Part shown: positions 61,413 through 64,000 of the stretch, in pieces | How the letters are laid out: every line of letters starts with the position of its first letter | How positions within the stretch are numbered: the first letter of the stretch is position 1 | Assembly: GCA_965287045.1 (NCBI GenBank) | Contig: OZ336883.1 | Span: 33,294,001-33,358,000, forward strand | Direction of reading: 5' to 3' | DNA length: 64,000 nucleotides | Source of the DNA: Carcharhinus amblyrhynchos | Taxonomy: Eukaryota | The notes under the pieces: model-generated | What the model saw: only the letters and a program-made list of their open reading frames with translations | Told to the model about the DNA's origin: nothing | Database searches by the model: none | Made by a program: the position numbers and the translations under genes

Positions 61413-61629
61413 ACCGACCCCCCCCCACTCCCTGCCAGGGATGTTGGACACCATTTTCAATATGGCGCCCGGATAGAATGGTGGGCAATGAGCCATCTGG
61501 CTTGCTCCGCCATTGGATAAGGTGTGAAATACCCGGGTGCCTAATGAATGAGGTCAAGGCTGGAAGATTTGACATCTTTTCCTGCCGGCATCCGCAGCGG
61601 GAAACACCCCAACTCTGCCACAACACTTT

Positions 61630-61755
61630 GGCCGGAATTTTACCAGCACGCCCACCCCAGAATCAGGGCAGGCGAGGTTTACGAAACAAAATTCTCTGTT
61701 GGCTTCAGGCAGGACTTTACAAGCCTCGCCCGGGTGAGGTCATGAAATATTGGCC
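61630..61755. mobile_element. MITE, same family as 745-870
   Basis: GGCCGGAATTTTACC ... AAATATTGGCC. Confidence 0.65.
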
Positions 61756-62692
61756 TTTGTCTCAAAATGGGAGGATTGCGCCCAATGTCTTTGAAGAGGA
61801 TAAAACGGAGGAAAACAATCGATGGAAAGCAATCGGAGGCAAAATCACAATCAACAAACAAGCAGGGAAATCCTGGTAAAAGATCCGATGGTGTGAGAGA
61901 GGGCTAAATTAATGGTTAAGCTCGATAGCCCAGGGTTTTCAGAGGCTGCATTGTTTGAACTGTGTAACGTGAATTCATCTCCCTTCGTACTGTCTGGCTT
62001 GATAATTCCTCCGAGTCAGTTTCCTTGATGATGTCATTAGTACACACTTTTAAGCAAAGTATCTTGAACAATGAGCAGAAGCAGCGTGTGGCTTAGTGGA
62101 ACGGCAGGGATTCTCCCTCAACCTGCTGGGCCTTTCTCTGGTTCCGAAAACTATCAGTGTTAATAATGCATGTAGAGTACATTCAAAATTCTCGCTGATC
62201 TTCGAATATTAGAGGTTACAGCCCAGAAATTACAGCTGCTGATAAAAATAAATGGGTTAAAACCTCTATTAACACAGCAGACCAAGGAATACCACGTTGA
62301 AACATGAAATACGAACACAGGTTTCTCCGCCAATATATACTTAATTCTTAAATTGATGGTTACAAAGCAGAGGAGGCGAATGGAAAGGTCACTCGGTCTT
62401 CATAAATATTGGACTCCACAATAATTATCTGAAAAGACCAAAGACCACGAGGTCAGTTACATGAGTATTAGCTTCTGCCTCTGTGATCACGAGGGCCAGC
62501 TAATGAATGCTAAAATAACTGTTTAAAAAACAAAGAACAGCCTCATGACTTTGATATGATGACTTCATCCTTTTCCCCAACCCCCCACCCCACCTCAGTA
62601 TTGTTTGAAATGTATAACCAGAGGGGTTGGTGCAATCTGTTGTTCTGTGCACATTTGGGGTGGCACAGTGGTTAGCCTCACAGTGCCAGTTT

Positions 62693-63007
62693 TAAAGTTT
62701 ATTTATTCATGTCACAAGTGGGCTTTCATTAACACTGCAATGAAACTACTGTGAAAATCCCCTAGTCGCCACACTCCAGCGCCTGTTTGGGTACACCGAG
62801 GGAGAATTTAGCACGGCCAATGCACCTAACCAGCACGTCTTTCCGGACTGTGGGAAGAAACCGGAGCACCCGGAGGAAACCCACGCAGCACCTGGAGGAG
62901 ACACGGGGGAGAACATGCAGACTCCACACAGACAGTCACCCGAGGCCAGAATTAAACCTGTGTCTCTGGCACTGTGAGGCAGTGCTAACCAGTGTGCCAC
63001 CGTGCTG
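62693..63007 (-). mobile_element. V-SINE family B nested antisense in another V-SINE (62658-63103, +)
   Basis: Host head GGTGGCACAGTGGTTAG..CACAGTGCCA stops at ~62690 and resumes GGGACCTGGG at 63011. Confidence 0.85.
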
Positions 63008-63154
63008 TCCGGGACCTGGGATTGATTACTGGCTTTGATAAGGAGTCTGCATGTTCTTCCCGTGTCTCCCTCAGGTTTTCTGGTTCCTCCCACAGCCCGG
63101 AAAGCTGTGCATCCACTGTCCGCTCCCACCCCTAGCTGTTGACACTTGGTAAAA

Positions 63155-63415
63155 AAGAATTTGCATTTATGTAGCATTATTCACAACTGCACTTCATGGC
63201 CACTGAAGTACCTTTTAAGTGTGGCGATGCAGGAAACATGGCCGTCCATTTGTGCGCAGCAAGCTCCCACAAACAGCAACATGAGCAGATTGACTTTATA
63301 ATGACCTGGAGTGAGGGATAAACATTAGCCGGGGATGACTCCCTTGTTTTTCTTCAAAATAGTGCCCGGGGGACCTTTCACGTCAACCTGAGAGCTTTAA
63401 CGTCTGATCTGAATG
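63155..63415 (-). mobile_element. DeuSINE (SacSINE1/AmnSINE1-related) fragment
   Basis: Reverse complement TCAGATCAGACGTTAAA..CTCTCAGGTTGACGTGAAAGGTCCC..GGCACTATTTTGAAGAA..GCTGTTTGTGGGAGCTTGCTG matches the recalled Deu domain. L2-type ATAAATGCAA tail. Confidence 0.7.
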
Positions 63416-63777
63416 CTGAGTTATAGTCCCATTATTTCCTATTTATTCTTCAGAGCACAATATATATGTTGTTCTGTTAAGAGTGGAACAAATAACGGTG
63501 TAAGGCAAAGCTATTTCCTTATTCTCCAAAGCCCTGGGTGAGACTTCAGCAAGTCAAAAATGAACCTTTGCTCTATTTTAACAAACGCTGATGAGCAACT
63601 AATTAAAAAGAAAGATTCAAGCTGCAGTATTAAAGGTATCAGTCCACATTGAACCTGGGACACAGGCTAACTAATAAATGAAACTCAGTGAATGACAAAT
63701 ACACAAAGGATAAATTGCTCCTTAATTGTGGGTTTGACGGATTAGTCATGGTAAATGCATGGGGTTACAAAGTCCAT

Positions 63778-64000
63778 TTTTTAGTGTCACAAGTAGGCTT
63801 ACATTAACACCGCAGTGAAGTTACTGTGAAAATCCCCTAGTCTCCATAGTCCGGCACCAATTCGGGTACGCTGAAGGAGAATTTAGCGTGGCCAATGCAT
63901 CTAATCAGCACGTCTTTCAGACTGTGGGAGGAAACCCATGCAAACGTGGGGAGAATGTGCAGATTCCGCACAGACAGCGACCCAAGCCGGAAATCGAACC
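63778..64000 (-). mobile_element. V-SINE family B, cut by window end
   Basis: Family B consensus. Confidence 0.85.

Overview
Eukaryotic, repeat-rich, essentially non-coding DNA, most likely from a shark or other cartilaginous fish (inferred from abundant HE1/V-SINE-type SINEs, CR1 tails and a DeuSINE). I found no intact host protein-coding gene, and the ORF-track entries I examined are chance ORFs or decayed transposon frames. The window holds three tRNA-derived SINE families, each with a 3' tail matching a different LINE family present in the same window (CR1, Rex1/Babar and a second CR1/L2-group LINE). It also holds CR1, L2, Rex1, RTE and Penelope LINE-type remnants, a two-LTR Gypsy relic plus a second gag relic, hAT and PIF/Harbinger transposase fragments, many GGG...CCC-ended MITEs, a 137-N gap, and AT-rich repeat-free stretches that could be conserved non-coding elements. 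The most interesting signal is a small Penelope-type palindromic element family (4 copies) carrying minimal hammerhead-ribozyme motifs. The copy at 54805-55014 looks very young: perfect 77-bp inverted arms, a perfect 13-bp target-site duplication and an intact CUGAUGA/GAAA core. Boundaries were set by eye and most are approximate (about 10-30 bp). Family names come from recalled consensus similarity, not database searches.
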